In this document: one piece after another, positions 27,150-41,439 of the stretch
How the letters are laid out: each line of letters opens with the position of its first letter
Numbering within the stretch: the stretch's first letter is position 1
Position numbers and translations under genes: made by a program
Notes under the pieces: model-generated
What the model was told of the DNA's origin: nothing
Databases searched by the model: none
The model's input: the letters and a program-made list of their open reading frames with translations, nothing else
Source: Octopus sinensis
Taxonomy: Eukaryota
NCBI RefSeq assembly: GCF_006345805.1
Contig: NC_043013.1
Location: forward strand, 27,776,001-27,840,000
Length of the DNA: 64,000 bases
Reading direction: 5' to 3'

Positions 27150-27405
27150 CTATTATCCCAGTAGTTGGTGGAGCACTGGGAGCATTAACAACAAGGTTTG
27201 AGGAATCTGTTGACACGAGGGAGAACATGAGGGAGAACATGCTTAGAAAACTGTTTTATTGGGGACAGCGAGGATTTTGGAACTGGTACTTGGATGTTAA
27301 CTATTGTGGAAGAAGACCGTGTGAGACCCTTAACAACAGAATTAGCCAGAGCAAGTCAAATTGAGAGTTTTGACAAGTGAAATGCACAATAATAAAAATA
27401 ATAAT
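27150..27405 (+). mobile_element. Second Dong/R4-type 3' end
   Basis: IIPVVGGALGALT...(frameshift)KTVLLGTARILELVLGC*, followed by a (TAA)-rich tail. Confidence 0.7.
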
Positions 27406-27775
27406 ATGATGGGCTTCCTACAATTTCCGTCTACCAAATTCACTTACATAGTTTAGGACAGCTCAGGGTTATTGTAGAAGGAACTTACTCAAGGTGACAT
27501 GTTGTGTATGCATGTGTGTGTATGTATGTGTGTGTGTATATGTGTGTGCATGTGTGCGTGTATACATTTACTTGTTTCACTCATTAGACTGTGACCATGC
27601 TGGGGCACCAACTTGAATTTTTAATCAAATGAACTGACTTATTTTTTGAGCATGGTACTTATTCTGTTGGTGTCTTTTGCCAAACTGCTAAGTCACAGGG
27701 ATGCAGAGACATCAACACTACTTGTCAAATGGTGTTGGGGACAAACACAAACAGAAAGACACATACACACGGATA

Positions 27776-27841
<66 letters not shown>

Positions 27842-28523
27842 ATGAGATTTTTCAGTTTCTGTCTTGTAAATACATTCACAAGGCTTTGGTCAGCTCAAGG
27901 ACATAGTAGAAGACACCTGTCCAAAGTGGCAGGCAGTGGGACTGAACCTGGAACCATGTGGTTGGGAAGCAAGTTTCTTACCACACACACAATGTATGTG
28001 TGTGTGTGTGCGTATGTATATGTGCGTACACACGCACACATATACACACACGCATGTAAATATTTATTCTACAAATACAGGAACTATCAAATAAATATAA
28101 TTTATCTTCTCATAATTTCAATGTGTTTGACACATATGTAACAAAATAACAAAATTAAATATATAAATAAAAAAAAAATAAGGAAAATAAATGATATTTA
28201 TTTGACATTCTGCAATTGTTGAACACTAACAAAAAATATTTGGTTAACAAATGAATATGTTGACTAAGAAACTGCATAGCAAATAATATGCATACATACA
28301 CACATACATACATTCATACATATATATATATACATACATACATACAAACATACATACATGTGCACAGACATATACATACAAACATATATGTATACACACA
28401 TATATACTTTATTATATTATATCATTATATTGCATTATATAATGGTGTGTATATATACATGTATATATATGTATATATATATACATATATATACATGTAT
28501 ATATATATATACATATATATACA

Positions 28524-28601
<78 letters not shown>

Positions 28602-28728
28602 TGCATATATATATATATGCATATACGTATACATATATATATAAATACATATATATGTATATATATACATACATACATATATATGTATGTGTATACATAC
28701 ATATATATATATATCTATATATATATAC

Positions 28729-28761
<33 letters not shown>

Positions 28762-28864
28762 TATATAATATATATATATATATATGAGGGGGGGAAACAT
28801 ACGATTTATATTTTGCATAATCATAGATATTCAATCATTTATGTAAATGTAAAGTATTTCTTAC

Positions 28865-28913
28865 CTGTTATTATCATTGACACAGACAGCAATGCTAACC
28901 ACATATGATTCAT
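28865..28913 (-). CDS. First coding (signal peptide) exon of the Ly6/uPAR-like gene
   Basis: ATG at 28913 gives MNHMWLALLSVSMIIT+G, then a strong phase-1 donor ag|gtaaga. It joins in frame to 11478 to give ...MIITGNG-ALQCHLC, a plausible signal cleavage site. Confidence 0.7.
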
Positions 28914-30494
28914 AATATATATATATATATTTGTATATATACACACAGATATATATATATATATATCAAACGAAAAACAAGATCTAAATTAAAACAATAT
29001 GTAACTGGAAGCAAACGAATCGCTCTATAGGTTTCAATATATGTGGTCAAGAAGTGGAAAATCTGCTGCAAGTTCAAACCACGATTACATACAAAATGCC
29101 TAGCTTCATTTGAAATATCTTCTATTTGCTTATCAAAGGTAGAAAGGGACAAATATGTTTTCGTTTTTTTCCTGTCTTTGGCTCCTTCAACCAAAACTCA
29201 GTAATCCCCTTTTCAATATTGACTCTTCATAATCCCTGTTTGCTTGGTTCCCCTGGCACAAGGTCTTTAATATGCATTCCACCCCACAAACCCTATTTTG
29301 TTCTTGGATTATCTTATTCTTTTTATTTTTTATTGTTGCTGTTGGTATCGTTTTTTTTTTTTTATATATAACTTGTCTTTTGAAGAAATTTTCGTGATTT
29401 TTATAAAAGTAGTTTTTGTTTATTGTTTCTCCTTTTCGCTTTAGGAAGCAAACAGAGAATCATGTTTAACTATTTACATTCTTCTCTTTGTCCTTGGAAT
29501 TGTGTGTTTAGACTTTATAGCCATTAGGAACTGACAAAGGTGAAGTTCGTGGGAGATCAAGGTTATAAGATGAAATCTATAATACATACCATTTCAAAAA
29601 AATTTACAAGACAAACAAAAAACAGCAAGTAAAAATAAAAACTAAGTTTACAAAAAAACAGGTCATGGTTATTATAGATTAAAGACAAACCAAAGTTGCT
29701 TTATTGCAAAATTTGATATTGCCAAGGGTAGGAAATAGTTCAGAGCTTTCGTTTGTAAAGTTGTTTAGCCTCAGATCATTTCTGATTAAGCAGACAGATC
29801 AATGATCAAAGCTGTGGAATAGTTAGAGTTGGTGCCACTTGGGGTAGTCTTTGAATTTGCTGTCCTCATGTCCATGAAAGTCGAGGCATATGGCTTAGTG
29901 GTTAGGATGCTGGACTTGTGATCATAAGATTATAGTTTTGATTCCTGGACCAGGTGATATGTTATGCTCCAGCTGATAAAAATAAGTATTTCCACAACTT
30001 ACCAACATCCTGCCTCGGGCAATATCATCATCATCATCATCATCATCATTTAACGTCCGCTTTCCATGCTAGCATGGGTTGGACGGTTCAACTGGGGTCT
30101 GGGGAGCCCGAAGGCTGCACCAGGCCAGTCAGATCTGGCAGTGTTTCTACAGCTGGATGCCCTTCCTAACGCCAACCACTCCGAGAGTGTAGTGGGTGAT
30201 TTTATGTGCCACTGACACAGGTGCCAGACGAGGCTGGCGAACGGCCATGCTCGGATGGTGTTTTTTATGTGCTACCGACACAGGTGCTAGACGAGGCTGG
30301 CAGACGGCCACGCTCGGATGGTGTTATATATATATGTAAAAAGCACCCACTACATTCTCGGTGTGGTGGCATTAGGAAGGGCATCCAGCTGTAGAAATTT
30401 TGCCAGATCAGATTGGAGCTTGGTACAGCCTTCTGGTTTGCCAGTCCTCAGTCAAACCATGGTAAGCAGATGTCAAACGACAATGATGAAGATG

Positions 30495-30745
30495 ATGTTA
30501 TAAATTAGAACAAACAGTAAAAAGTTGTCATTATAGTACTCAGAGTTTCAAATGTGCCAGAGCAAATAGCTATGGTACATTCTTGTCAGTTTGAGAATGT
30601 ATACATAGCTCTTTGCTCGAGCATTCGAAACTCCAAGTACTATAATGACAACGTTTTACTGCTTGTTCTAATTTATAACATATATAAATAATCTCTATTT
30701 CTCTAATATCGAGGTCTCATTCTTTTGTTATTACATCTTATTATA
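30495..30745. mobile_element. Penelope-like foldback element with decayed hammerhead
   Basis: Imperfect inverted repeat 30495-30583/30594-30681. The minus strand reads ctgacaa-gaatgt...acattt-gaaa-ctctgag-ta. A short tail follows, then (TA)n. Confidence 0.6.
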
Positions 30746-30757
30746 TATATATATATG

Positions 30758-31388
30758 GGACACAAAACTCTACTTGTGAAGACCTGTTGAGGCAAGTGAG
30801 GATCAGAATCGAAATCGATCAATGGAAATTGCAGATGTGTTACCAGTGCCGGTGACATGTCGATACTCTACTTGTGAAGACCCGTTGAGGCAAGTGAGGA
30901 TCAGAATGGAAATCGATCAATGGAAATTGCAGATGTGTTACCAGTGCCGGTGGCATGTCGAAACTCTACTTGTGAAGACCCGTTGAGGCAAGTGAGAATC
31001 AGAATGGAAATCGATCAATGGAAATTGCAGATGTGTTACCAGTGCCGGTGGCATGTAAGAGAACCTTCCGTTTCGCGACCGTTGCCAGCACCGCCCCGTT
31101 TCGTGTCCATTGCCAGCCTCGCCTGGCCCTTGTGCCGGTGGCACATAAAAAGCACCATCCGTTCGTGGCCGTTTGCCAGCTCTGTCTGGCACCTGTGCGG
31201 GTGGCACGTAAAAAGCACCCACTACACTCACAGAGTGGTTGGCGTTAGGAAGGGCATCCAGCCGTAGAAACACTGCCAGATTTGACTGGGCCTGATGAAG
31301 CCTTCTGGCTTCACAGACCCCAGTAGAACCGTCCAACCCATGCTAGCATGGAAAACGGACGCTAAACGACGATGATGATGATGATGAT
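30758..31388 (+). mobile_element. Long family-R retroposon end with three 98-bp tandem units and (GAT)n tail
   Basis: Units start at about 30767, 30865 and 30963. They are followed by gtgccggtggcac subrepeats and the family-R tail. Confidence 0.8.
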
Positions 31389-31430
31389 TATCATCAGAGG
31401 TAGCTGATTATCATCAGAGGTAACCGATCA

Positions 31431-31520
31431 GCTACCTCTGATGAGCGTAGGGTTATATAATCAGATTGTTACCTATCACTCCATTGTACACCTATCATGA
31501 AATTGGTTGGTAAGATCAGC
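31431..31520 (+). ncRNA. CpG-decayed type I hammerhead with an upstream inverted duplication
   Basis: gctacct-CTGATGA-gcg...cat(from cgc)-GAAA-ttggttgg-TA-agatcagc. Inverted tcatcagaggta copies sit at 31391 and 31411. A sister fragment lies at 2432-2500. Confidence 0.5.
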
Positions 31521-31798
31521 TATGATAGATATATAATACTATACACTTCAGATAATACACCCACTCTATTGACAGCTTTATGAGTACATCTTTTTCCTGA
31601 CTTATGGACTTTTAGACAACTTATGTATATATATGCTGGCCTTATGCTCCTTATGTAGTAATGTGGACTAACCCATGTCCATGAAAAACCTTGACAAAAT
31701 ATACATCAAATGTACCGCCCTACTCCCATAGGAAAATTCTCTCCAGGGTGGGCTGCAACCCTCATCCCATTCTCAGCTTAATTATACAACTGAATTAA

Positions 31799-32010
31799 TC
31801 CTTTTGATACCAAATTTATGCTGAAAATCACTGCCTTAGTTTCAAATAATTTCGAAAATAATGAAGAATTTAGCTGGATAACCTTGGCTGGAGTTTAGAA
31901 CCTAAATTAACATAGAATTTTGATGGAAAGTTTTAATTGAACCTATTTTAAAACTGAAGGTTTGAATCATAGAACCAGGGTTGGTCTCAGACGGGTTAGT
32001 TTCAAAAGGG
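31799..32010. mobile_element. piggyBac-type MITE
   Basis: TTAA at 31795-98 and 32011-14, with (t)ccttttga...tcaaaaggg termini. Confidence 0.75.
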
Positions 32011-34523
32011 TTAAAAGTATGCCATTATTTACCATCCTGTCAGTTTTTATTTAGGTATAGTGTATCTATGATAAACTATCTAATGTGCCTTCCTAAAAAA
32101 AACCCCCAAAAACTGAAGGGCATGACATGGTGTAGGGGCAGATTTAGCCAGTATTTCTGGTATATCAAATGACCTGTAAAGGTTCCTGTGTTGGTTCATT
32201 CATTTATACGATTGCTGGAATTTCTGCAGAGTTGGAATCTCTTTAATATTTCCAACGTTAGTTTAATTTCTTAATTTAGTTGTTTGAATAAGGATCATTG
32301 TTTTCCTACAATTACATATAAAACAGTTGGATCAATACCCTAGCTCCCAGATAGCACTCCCCACTCCACCTCTCTACTGTCCCTTATCAACATGATTATC
32401 TATAAATCTAGGAAACGAAGACCTTGTAATTTTTAAAAAAGATTTTTTCTTTGTTTTACTTTCTTTTTTTTCTTTTTTTAAAACAATATAAACCCACTTG
32501 TGTATCGTGTTTCTTTTGATCTCAGTAAATATCTAGGTTTGATGCATTTTATTCTTGGTTTGTTTGGAATTCCACTTCAATTAATCATTACAATGAACTA
32601 TAACAGAATTTATTCAATTTATTTAATTCAACATCATCATCATCATCATAATCATTGTTCATTGTTCATTGTCATTGTTGTTATCATCAGTGTTATCATG
32701 CTCCACCTCCTCTTCTTCTTCTTCCTCCTCCTCCTGATCATCATCATACTTCCAATACTCAAATATATTTATGGCTTCGTGCCAATGTAAAAAGAAGGAA
32801 AAAAAACCCTTGTTAGTAGCCATATTAGAATCACTATTGCTTTCAACAGGAAAACACAATATTTAGAGAGGTATCTCTAAAAAATTCTATTTTCCTGCAC
32901 AAATAAATGCATGATCTGGCCACATTTTGTTAACATTTCCTTTTATCACGACACTATCAAATATGATGAAGGCTATGCTAATTCACTAAAGAGGTCAGAA
33001 CAAGGCTGTATCATTGCAGAGTTGTCTCCCATACTTGTCAAATAGATGATAACACTATTAGTAATAGTCTAGTACAGTTTTTCTCTAAACACATATTTTT
33101 GCATGTTTCATCTATACTTTGGTCCAATGTAGAACATCAGTCATGTTTCCAGAAGATGTGCGTTCATGTCACATGAGTAGCTGTCAACTTTTTCGATGTA
33201 AGGGAGGTTGTTTATTGCTATTAGGACGGATATCCAGCTGTAGAAACTATTCTAAAGCTGGCACTGGAACTCACCACAGATCCCATCAAACCATCCGGCC
33301 TATTCCAGCATGGAAAGCAGACATTAAATGATGATGACAAGCTATCCTTTTGGAGATAATGTCGGGTTGTGGTAGCCTTTTCATTTTGTTTTGTTGAGGA
33401 CTTGACAACTTCTCTAGAGTTGCAGCAATAACAAAATATATCCAAAGTACTCTGTAAATGGGTTGGTGTTTGGAAGGGCATCCAACCAGATAAACTATGC
33501 TGAAATAAATTTAACGATGTGTCCGCAACACAAGCCATGAGGACAGTAACTCCAAATATGAACTAACATGGAACTTGGTGACTTGTCCAATCCAAGCCAA
33601 CGTGAAAAACAGATGTGAAATAATGATGAGGATGATGATGATGATGATGACGACGGTAATGATGATGATGTTGCCAGTGATGAATATGCTAATACTAACT
33701 TAACCTTCTGTAAATGTGTGACTTGAAACAGTATTAATGAGTAAAATAAACAGCATGTGATAACAAAGATCAAATTAGGAAACGGGTGGCATCTCTTTAT
33801 ATACAGTATTATCTTTCTCATAAAATTCATCATCATCATCATCATCATCGTCGTCAATAGCAGCAGCAGCAGCATGTCTGTAATTTCAGTGAGCAGCTTG
33901 TTTGCTGAAATTATAAACAAGGCCACTGGTTTTTGTTAGATTCACTCTTCCTGTGTTGCTTCTGACTGATGAGACACAACAATGTCAAAACACTGACTGT
34001 CCCAGGATCCCTTGTATCAATGTATTATGATCACATATGCATTGTAAAGAAGCTGTGACAAAATACAAGTGATTGGCGTTAGGAAGGGCATCCAGCTGTA
34101 GAAACTCTGCCAGATCAAGATTGGAGCCTGGTGCAGCCATCTGGTTCACCAGCCCTCAGTCAAAATCGTCCAATCCATGCTAGCATGGAAAGCAGACGTT
34201 AAACGATGTTGATGATGATGTTGATGATGATGAATCTGCTGGAGTATATATTCCTTTTGATTCTTACTGTTCACCATGCATAGCACGATTTATTAGGTAG
34301 CAAACTGGTCAGGTGAGTTGAGTGTTGTAGTGATTGTCACATATACACACATACACATGTGTGTGCATGTGTGTATCTATACGAATGTATGTGTATGTGT
34401 GTATATGTGAGCGCTTCTGTGTGTGTACATAGGCATATATACATATTCAATATGTGACAGCATGTGTATCGTTGACGACTTTCTTTCTCTATCTTCCTTT
34501 CCTTGGACCATTCCTTTTTCTAT

Positions 34524-34558
34524 GTTTCTGACGAAGAGCTCCTCTCGAAACGTTAAAT
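34524..34558 (+). ncRNA. Minimal Penelope-type hammerhead
   Basis: gttt-CTGACGA-a-gagctcctctc-GAAAC-GT-T-aaat, with the palindromic AACGTT stem III. It lies in a pyrimidine-rich pLTR-like unit (34470-34665) that ends in (TA)n. Confidence 0.65.
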
Positions 34559-35132
34559 CCTCCTTCTTTCTTTCCTTTTCTGAGTGTTCAATAACACTAT
34601 ACTTGTTCCACATCCTCGCGTCATTGCGTTTTCTATTTGTTCATGTTTGGATTAACTATATATATACATTGTTTGTGTGTGGGAGGATATGTGTGAGTCT
34701 CTGTGTGCATATGTAAGTATGTATTTGATCACTGAATACTGAAGGTTAGCTAATAAAATTTGCATGTGCAGCATACCATGAAGAACAGATCACTGATCAG
34801 CTGGTACCAAAACAGCCATCTACTACCACTTACAGCAGTCCAACAAACACATTCTGGCAGCAAACGACACGACTCTACCAGCTGCTACAAAACTCAAACC
34901 AAGATGAACAGATGAAGATTTTAAACTAATAGAGACAACACTTGAATATCATCTGAGGAAACACAACTAGATCACATTATGCAAACAAACAGTTGCATAA
35001 TCAAATACCTGTATTTTTGGAGAGCCACATTGGGTGGAAACAATTGTAGCGATTAAAAAATAACTATCCAACCATACTCCTTCTTGTTGACTTCAATTTC
35101 TTCAATGTTATATATATATATATATATATACA

Positions 35133-35395
35133 CTTTATTTGTATTATAACAAGGCTACCAATAGTTTCATGTAAAGAGGGATCTCTTAATTTTTAAGCTA
35201 ACTGTATTCTCATCCAAAATAGAGATGAGTACCAATGTTTCCATGTAGTTAGCTTGAAAAATTGTTAAAATATCCTTCTTTACATGAAATCATTGGTTGC
35301 CTTGTTAACCTACAAATAAAGAATATTTATGCATCAATGCGGTGTTGAGCCTCATTCTCACTCATCCTCACATATTAATGAATATATATATATAT
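35133..35395. mobile_element. Diverged foldback element, probably Penelope-like
   Basis: Inverted arms from 35133 (ctttatttgta...aagctaact) to 35321 (agttagcttg...tacaaataaag). Remnant gaaa(c/t)..ttggt(a/t)gcc motif, tail and (TA)n flanks. Confidence 0.55.
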
Positions 35396-35799
35396 TCTTT
35401 TATTCTTTTATTTGTTTCAGTCATTTGAATGTGGCCATGTTGGAGCACCACCTTTAGTTGAAAAAATCGACCCCAGTACTTATCCTTTGTAAGCCTAGTA
35501 CTTATTCTATCAGTCTCTTCTGCCAAACCACTAATTTACGGCGACATAAACACACCAACACTGGTTGTCAAGCGATGGTGGGGAAGGGACAAACACACAC
35601 ACACACACAAACACACACAAACACACACATATATACAACAGGCTTCTTTCAGTTTCCATCTACCAAATCCACTCACAAGGCTTTGGTTGGCCCAAGGCTA
35701 TAGTAGAAGACACTGGCCCAAAATGCTATGCAGTGGGACTGAACGTGGAACCATGTGGTTCGGAAACAAGTTTCTTACCACACAGCCATATGCATGTTT

Positions 35800-36335
35800 A
35801 GTGCCTCTCCCTTGTGTCATGGCATATTCATACCATTGACGAATCATGGCTTGTTTCTCTTCCTCAATTTATTTCTGTCTCTCGCAACATCACCCATGTC
35901 TTCCTCACTCTGCACGTTCATTCTCTTCTTCATCTAGTCGAACACCATCATTCTCTTCTTCCTCTCACTCTCCTTCCCATCAGCTCAGCCTCCACCATGT
36001 AAAGCCCCATTCCATCATCCTCTCTAAGAAAATGACCAACAAATCTCCACTATCTCTCTCTCTGATAGTATCCATCAACTGTCTCTTCACTTTCATCTTC
36101 TTCAATTCTTCCACATTTATCATCCTCTATGCCCACGAGATTCTAAGCATTTTTCTATAAAACCACATTTCTGCAGCTTTGAGTCTCTTCTCCATGACTT
36201 TGCTTATCATGCAAGACTCACATATGTTAGCAACGACCAGATGTAGCACTTCAATAGTCTTTTCTTGACTTCCATTCCAATTCTCTTTGCACAAAAATGC
36301 TCCTCATATCCATAAAAGTCTTCTTTGCTAATCCA
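35800..36335 (-). mobile_element. RTE-clade LINE 3' fragment
   Basis: IGMEVKKRLLKCYIWSLLTY...AAEMWFYRKMLRISW...WRFVGHFLR...GRRVRGR. Confidence 0.75.
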
Positions 36336-37541
36336 ATGTTTAGCATATTCATACGTATGTATATACAATATGGCAGAGGTCTTTTGCTTGCAGTCAACCA
36401 AAGAAGCATATTTGGGCTTCTTGACAAGTCTGGATATGTTACGTGATCTTTGTAAGCAAGAGGCTCCTCCAAACGGTGTCATTTGTTTCCAGTTCACTGC
36501 TTAACTATGTCTGGGTTGTGTTTGATGTTCAAACTTTTGCTTGGAAACAGGTGAGGGTTGGCAACAGGAAGGGCATCTGGCTATAGAGAATCTGTTTCAA
36601 TGAATTCCATTAGACACATGCAGGCTTGGAAAAGTGGATGTTATGGATGATGATATGGATGATGATGATGGTGGTGGTGGAGTTGATGGTAGTGGTGGTG
36701 GTGGTGATGACAATGATGATGATGATGATAACAATGATGATGATGATGATGATGAGGAGGAGGAGGAGGCAGAAGAGGATGACGATGACAATGATGACAA
36801 TGATGAAAGATGACAACAATGATGGCAACAATGATGACGATGATGTAATATTTATATCAAAATGGTGTGAGAAGTGCTATATTCAAACACAAAAATACCC
36901 AGCAGTGTTCATTATTTCCTCTTACGTAATTGTCCACCATTGCATTTTATGTGTTACAAGAATGAAAACACAAATACAAAGCAACAACAAAGAGAAGTAC
37001 TGGGTTCAACATAATCACACCAAACTCTTTAAGCTGATGCTCCAGCTGGGCGGCAGTCCAGTGATGGAAACCAGTAAATGAAGAATAAAAGAATGGCAGA
37101 GTTAATGGAACAATAAACAGCCAAGTCTGCGTATTGATCTTTCACAGGGTGACGGAGTTCAAGTTAAACCGAACAAAAAAATCCATATCATATCTTTGGA
37201 TGACAATTTGAATGTTTCTACAAAACGGAGAAAGAATGGAAGAGAGAAAGAAAGAAAGAAATAAGCAAAGGAAGAAGGGAAGAAAGAAAGAAAGAAAGGA
37301 AGAAAGGAAGAATAACAAGAAAGATTATTGTTACTTTGTCACTCCTTCTGTTTCATTACTTTTGTTCTGCTGCGTCCCTCAACTACAAAAGATGTACAAT
37401 AATGATCCAATATTAAACAAGATTAGTAATCTTATTTATACTACACGCACACACACACACACGCACCACACCACACGCACACATCCATATCTAACATACA
37501 CACACATATGTATTTATGTATATATACACAAATATATATAT

Positions 37542-37588
<47 letters not shown>

Positions 37589-37640
37589 TATATATACATA
37601 TACATATATATATAGCTATATATATATATATATAGATATA

Positions 37641-37671
<31 letters not shown>

Positions 37672-37702
37672 CATACATATACATACATGCATTACATACA
37701 TA

Positions 37703-37747
<45 letters not shown>

Positions 37748-37767
37748 GTATGTATGCATTATGTATG

Positions 37768-37834
<67 letters not shown>

Positions 37835-37981
37835 TATATATACACACATATATATACATATATATATATAGATATAGATATACATACATATATATATCTG
37901 TACATACATACATGCACACACATATGTATACATACACACACATGCACACACGCACACACATATACATACACACACCAATGC

Positions 37982-38014
<33 letters not shown>

Positions 38015-38545
38015 CTTACTTACTTACATGCATATAACTACCTATTTATCTCTTTCTTCCCCTCCGCCTCTCTCATTCTCTCTATCTATCTATCTATCTA
38101 TCTATATCTGCTTGTGTGTGTGAGTGTGTGTGTGTGTGTTTGTATTTTATGTATGTCTTAACTGAAAGCAGCACAATAAAGGCTAATTACAGAGACTGGA
38201 GCCTTTCAGTCAATATATTTCTTCATACAATCATTAAGATTGCAGCTTTTGAGTTATGACCCTGGAATTTTTAATGACTAGTAATCGGCTTATCGTGAGA
38301 AAATGGAATGAGAGAGAAAGAGTGATATGGAGGGAGATACTAGGGAGAAGAGAGAGAGAGAGAGAGAGTGATGGGGGGAAAAAGGGAGGGGGTAATATAG
38401 GGACAATGTGAGTGGCAAAGAAAAATATATACATGAGTGTAAGTGTATATATGTGTAGAGACAGAGAATGCTGAGGAAAGGATGAGAGGAGTATATATGC
38501 GTATATATACATACATATATAATATATATATATATAGACATATAC

Positions 38546-38579
<34 letters not shown>

Positions 38580-38908
38580 ATATATATATATTATATATAT
38601 ATATATATATATATGTATATGTCTATATATATATATATTTATATATGTATGATAATAATATATATCTTTTCATATATATCTGTATGTATATACAGATATA
38701 ATATATATATATCTTTTGATATATATCTGTATGTATATACACCTGTACATATCTAAATTCTAAATTCACAAACACACAGATGCTAGTGCACACAAAAATA
38801 CACATACACATATATAAATTTATGTACATTGCATGTGTGCATATATATATATATATATAGCACATATATATATACATATACACACATACACATATATGCA
38901 TGTGTGTG

Positions 38909-38939
<31 letters not shown>

Positions 38940-39225
38940 GTTTAGATAGATAGATACATACATACATACAGACACACATACGTGTGTTTATATATATATA
39001 TGTATATATATATGTATGTATGTATAAGAGAGAAAAATAGAGTCAAAGAGAGAATCTAATGGAGGGTGTTTGATTTATATATAAACACGCAAACACACAC
39101 ACACACACATATATATATATACATGTGCACATACACAATCACCAGTAAACATAATGTATGCATAGAGAAATAGTCTTACAAAGAAACAAGAAATGTGTGT
39201 ATGGTATGTCTATATGGATGATGGG

Positions 39226-39287
<62 letters not shown>

Positions 39288-39765
39288 GAGAGAGAGAAAT
39301 AAATAAAGAAAAGGTTAATCCTTTCAGCTCATGAGAAAATGTACAACAGTTAAACAATATTTAAAATATTGAATGAAAAACCTTGGATAACTTCAGTTTT
39401 TAACCTTTATTTCTGAATATGTTATTTTCCTTGGTCTATTCTTAGGTCATGAATATTTGTTAGTTGAAGTATATGAGATCTTATCTTTGAATTCAGAATC
39501 TGCAAACGCCCTGTAAAAGTATGGCACTGTCTTATCTAATATTTCTTTAGAAAAATGGAAGTTAGAAATTCTCATACTAATGTTAGCTATGAGAATTTTA
39601 AATACAGTGATGGGTGGTAAGATTACTTATTTATGTATTTAAGCTTCTCATTGGGCTTACAAAGTGTTTGTAATTGCCATAATTTTGGTCTATTGAAGTC
39701 AATCTTAGGTTAGTAACTACTATAATTAAACATGGCTAGGGGGCATTTCTTAAAGCTGTTTTGAG

Positions 39766-40142
39766 CAGTGGTTCTCAACCAGGGCCCATATGACAGCTAG
39801 GGGTCCATGTAAAATTTTGGTTGGGTCAACACAAGTAAAATAGTAAATTGGGGATCCATAGTATCATTTTAAGGGTGCATGAAAAAATTTCGATTTGCAA
39901 GAAACAGCTAAGTGTCTTTCTCTCACATTTTACATAGTTTAACATGTTGTTGGCCACTGAAACATGTTCTCTCGGAGAGTGTCATTGTAAAAGTATGCAA
40001 GTGAATGTGGCCAATATAAAATAGGAATTTTGAAAGAAATATCAAGAAAACTAGTTTCTAAACATTGAATGGCTATGGGGGTCTACCAGAATAAAATAGT
40101 AATCAAAGGGGTCTATAGGTAAAAAATGGTTGAGAACCACTG
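39766..40142. mobile_element. hAT MITE related to 15201-15925, in reverse orientation
   Basis: TIR cagtggttctcaacc/ggttgagaaccactg, with shared internal sequence. Confidence 0.75.
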
Positions 40143-40802
40143 AGCTAGTGTATGGGCTGAGTAATATCCCTCCATCATCTTGGAATAAACCAATGTTGTG
40201 GCTGGAAATTTGGTTTTCAGTATATCTTGTTTGTTTAGGACTGCCAAGTAGCATAATCAGTGCTGTTATAGGAGCACACTGAGATGTCAAATACGTCCTC
40301 TGTTTCAGATATCTTGACCTAAACCAACTCCATTTTATAAGATTAGGGTCTGTTGTGCATGCTGGATCATCTCAATGTCTGAACTATCAATGCCTGCAAG
40401 AAAGCTATATCTACAAGAAAAATTCAAGGACTTTAATATTGATACCAAATTGAATGAATCTAGTTCTATACGTATTCTTTATACAGATGCGTCCTCTGTA
40501 TAGTGAAAAGAACACTCATCCTGCTAAGAGTCACAATACCTTTTTAAATTTCAGAACTAAAATGTCCATATGATGTGTCCACCAAGACAAGTGCAGCTTA
40601 TCTGATTGGAAGAAAAGTCCCATACCAGGATGACTGCACCACATTTCACCAAACCAGGTCTCCATTTACACACTAAGCCTGATCAGTGCATATGAACATC
40701 ACACAAAACATCTACAATATGACAAACCTACAAAATACCTACAATTTAAGCATAATTATATATGTGCATGTATGTATGTATGTATGTATGTATGTATGTA
40801 TG

Positions 40803-40833
<31 letters not shown>

Positions 40834-40907
40834 GCATGTATTGCATATGTGTATTGTTCACATACATATTTGCATACATATGTGTGTGTGTGTATATGTA
40901 TATATAT

Positions 40908-40953
<46 letters not shown>

Positions 40954-41395
40954 TACACATATGTATATATATATTCTTTTATTCTTTTACTTGATTCAGT
41001 TATTTGACTGCAGCCATGCTGTAGCACTGCCTTTAGTCAAGCTAATTGATCCCAGGACTTATTGTTTGTAAGCCTAGTACATATCCTAGTGGTCTCTTTT
41101 GCAAGCTCGCCAAGTTACGGGGACATAAACACGCCAACATCAGTTGTCAAGCAACAGTGGGGGGGACAAACACAGACACACACACACACACACACACAAA
41201 TACACACACATATATATGACAGGCGTCTTTCAGTTTCCATCTACCAAATCCATTCACAAGGCTTTGGTTGGCCTGAGGCTATAGTAGAAGACATAAGTGC
41301 AAGGTGCCATGCAGTGGAATTGAACCTGGAACCATGTGGTTGAGAAGCAAGCCTCTTACCACACAGTCACTCCTATGCATATATATTCTCAATCT

Positions 41396-41439
41396 AAACT
41401 GTCCAATGAACAGAAGCGTGAAACTCTGAGTAGCAGTTT
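41396..41439 (+). ncRNA. Decayed minimal type I hammerhead
   Basis: aaactgt-ccaatga-acagaagcgt-GAAA-ctctgag-TA-gcagttt. The 7-bp stem I is intact but the core is mutated. The same gaaactctgagtagcag occurs at 45829. Confidence 0.5.

Noticed and set aside
29480-29520. TATA-like ctataaag on the minus strand upstream of the signal exon
   Set aside because: Such motifs are too frequent in AT-rich DNA, and there is no independent support for a transcription start.
30767-31055. Direct repeats that might suggest a CRISPR array (also 16775-17200 and 46849-47545)
   Set aside because: The units are contiguous with no unique spacers, there are no cas genes, and the context is eukaryotic TE sequence.
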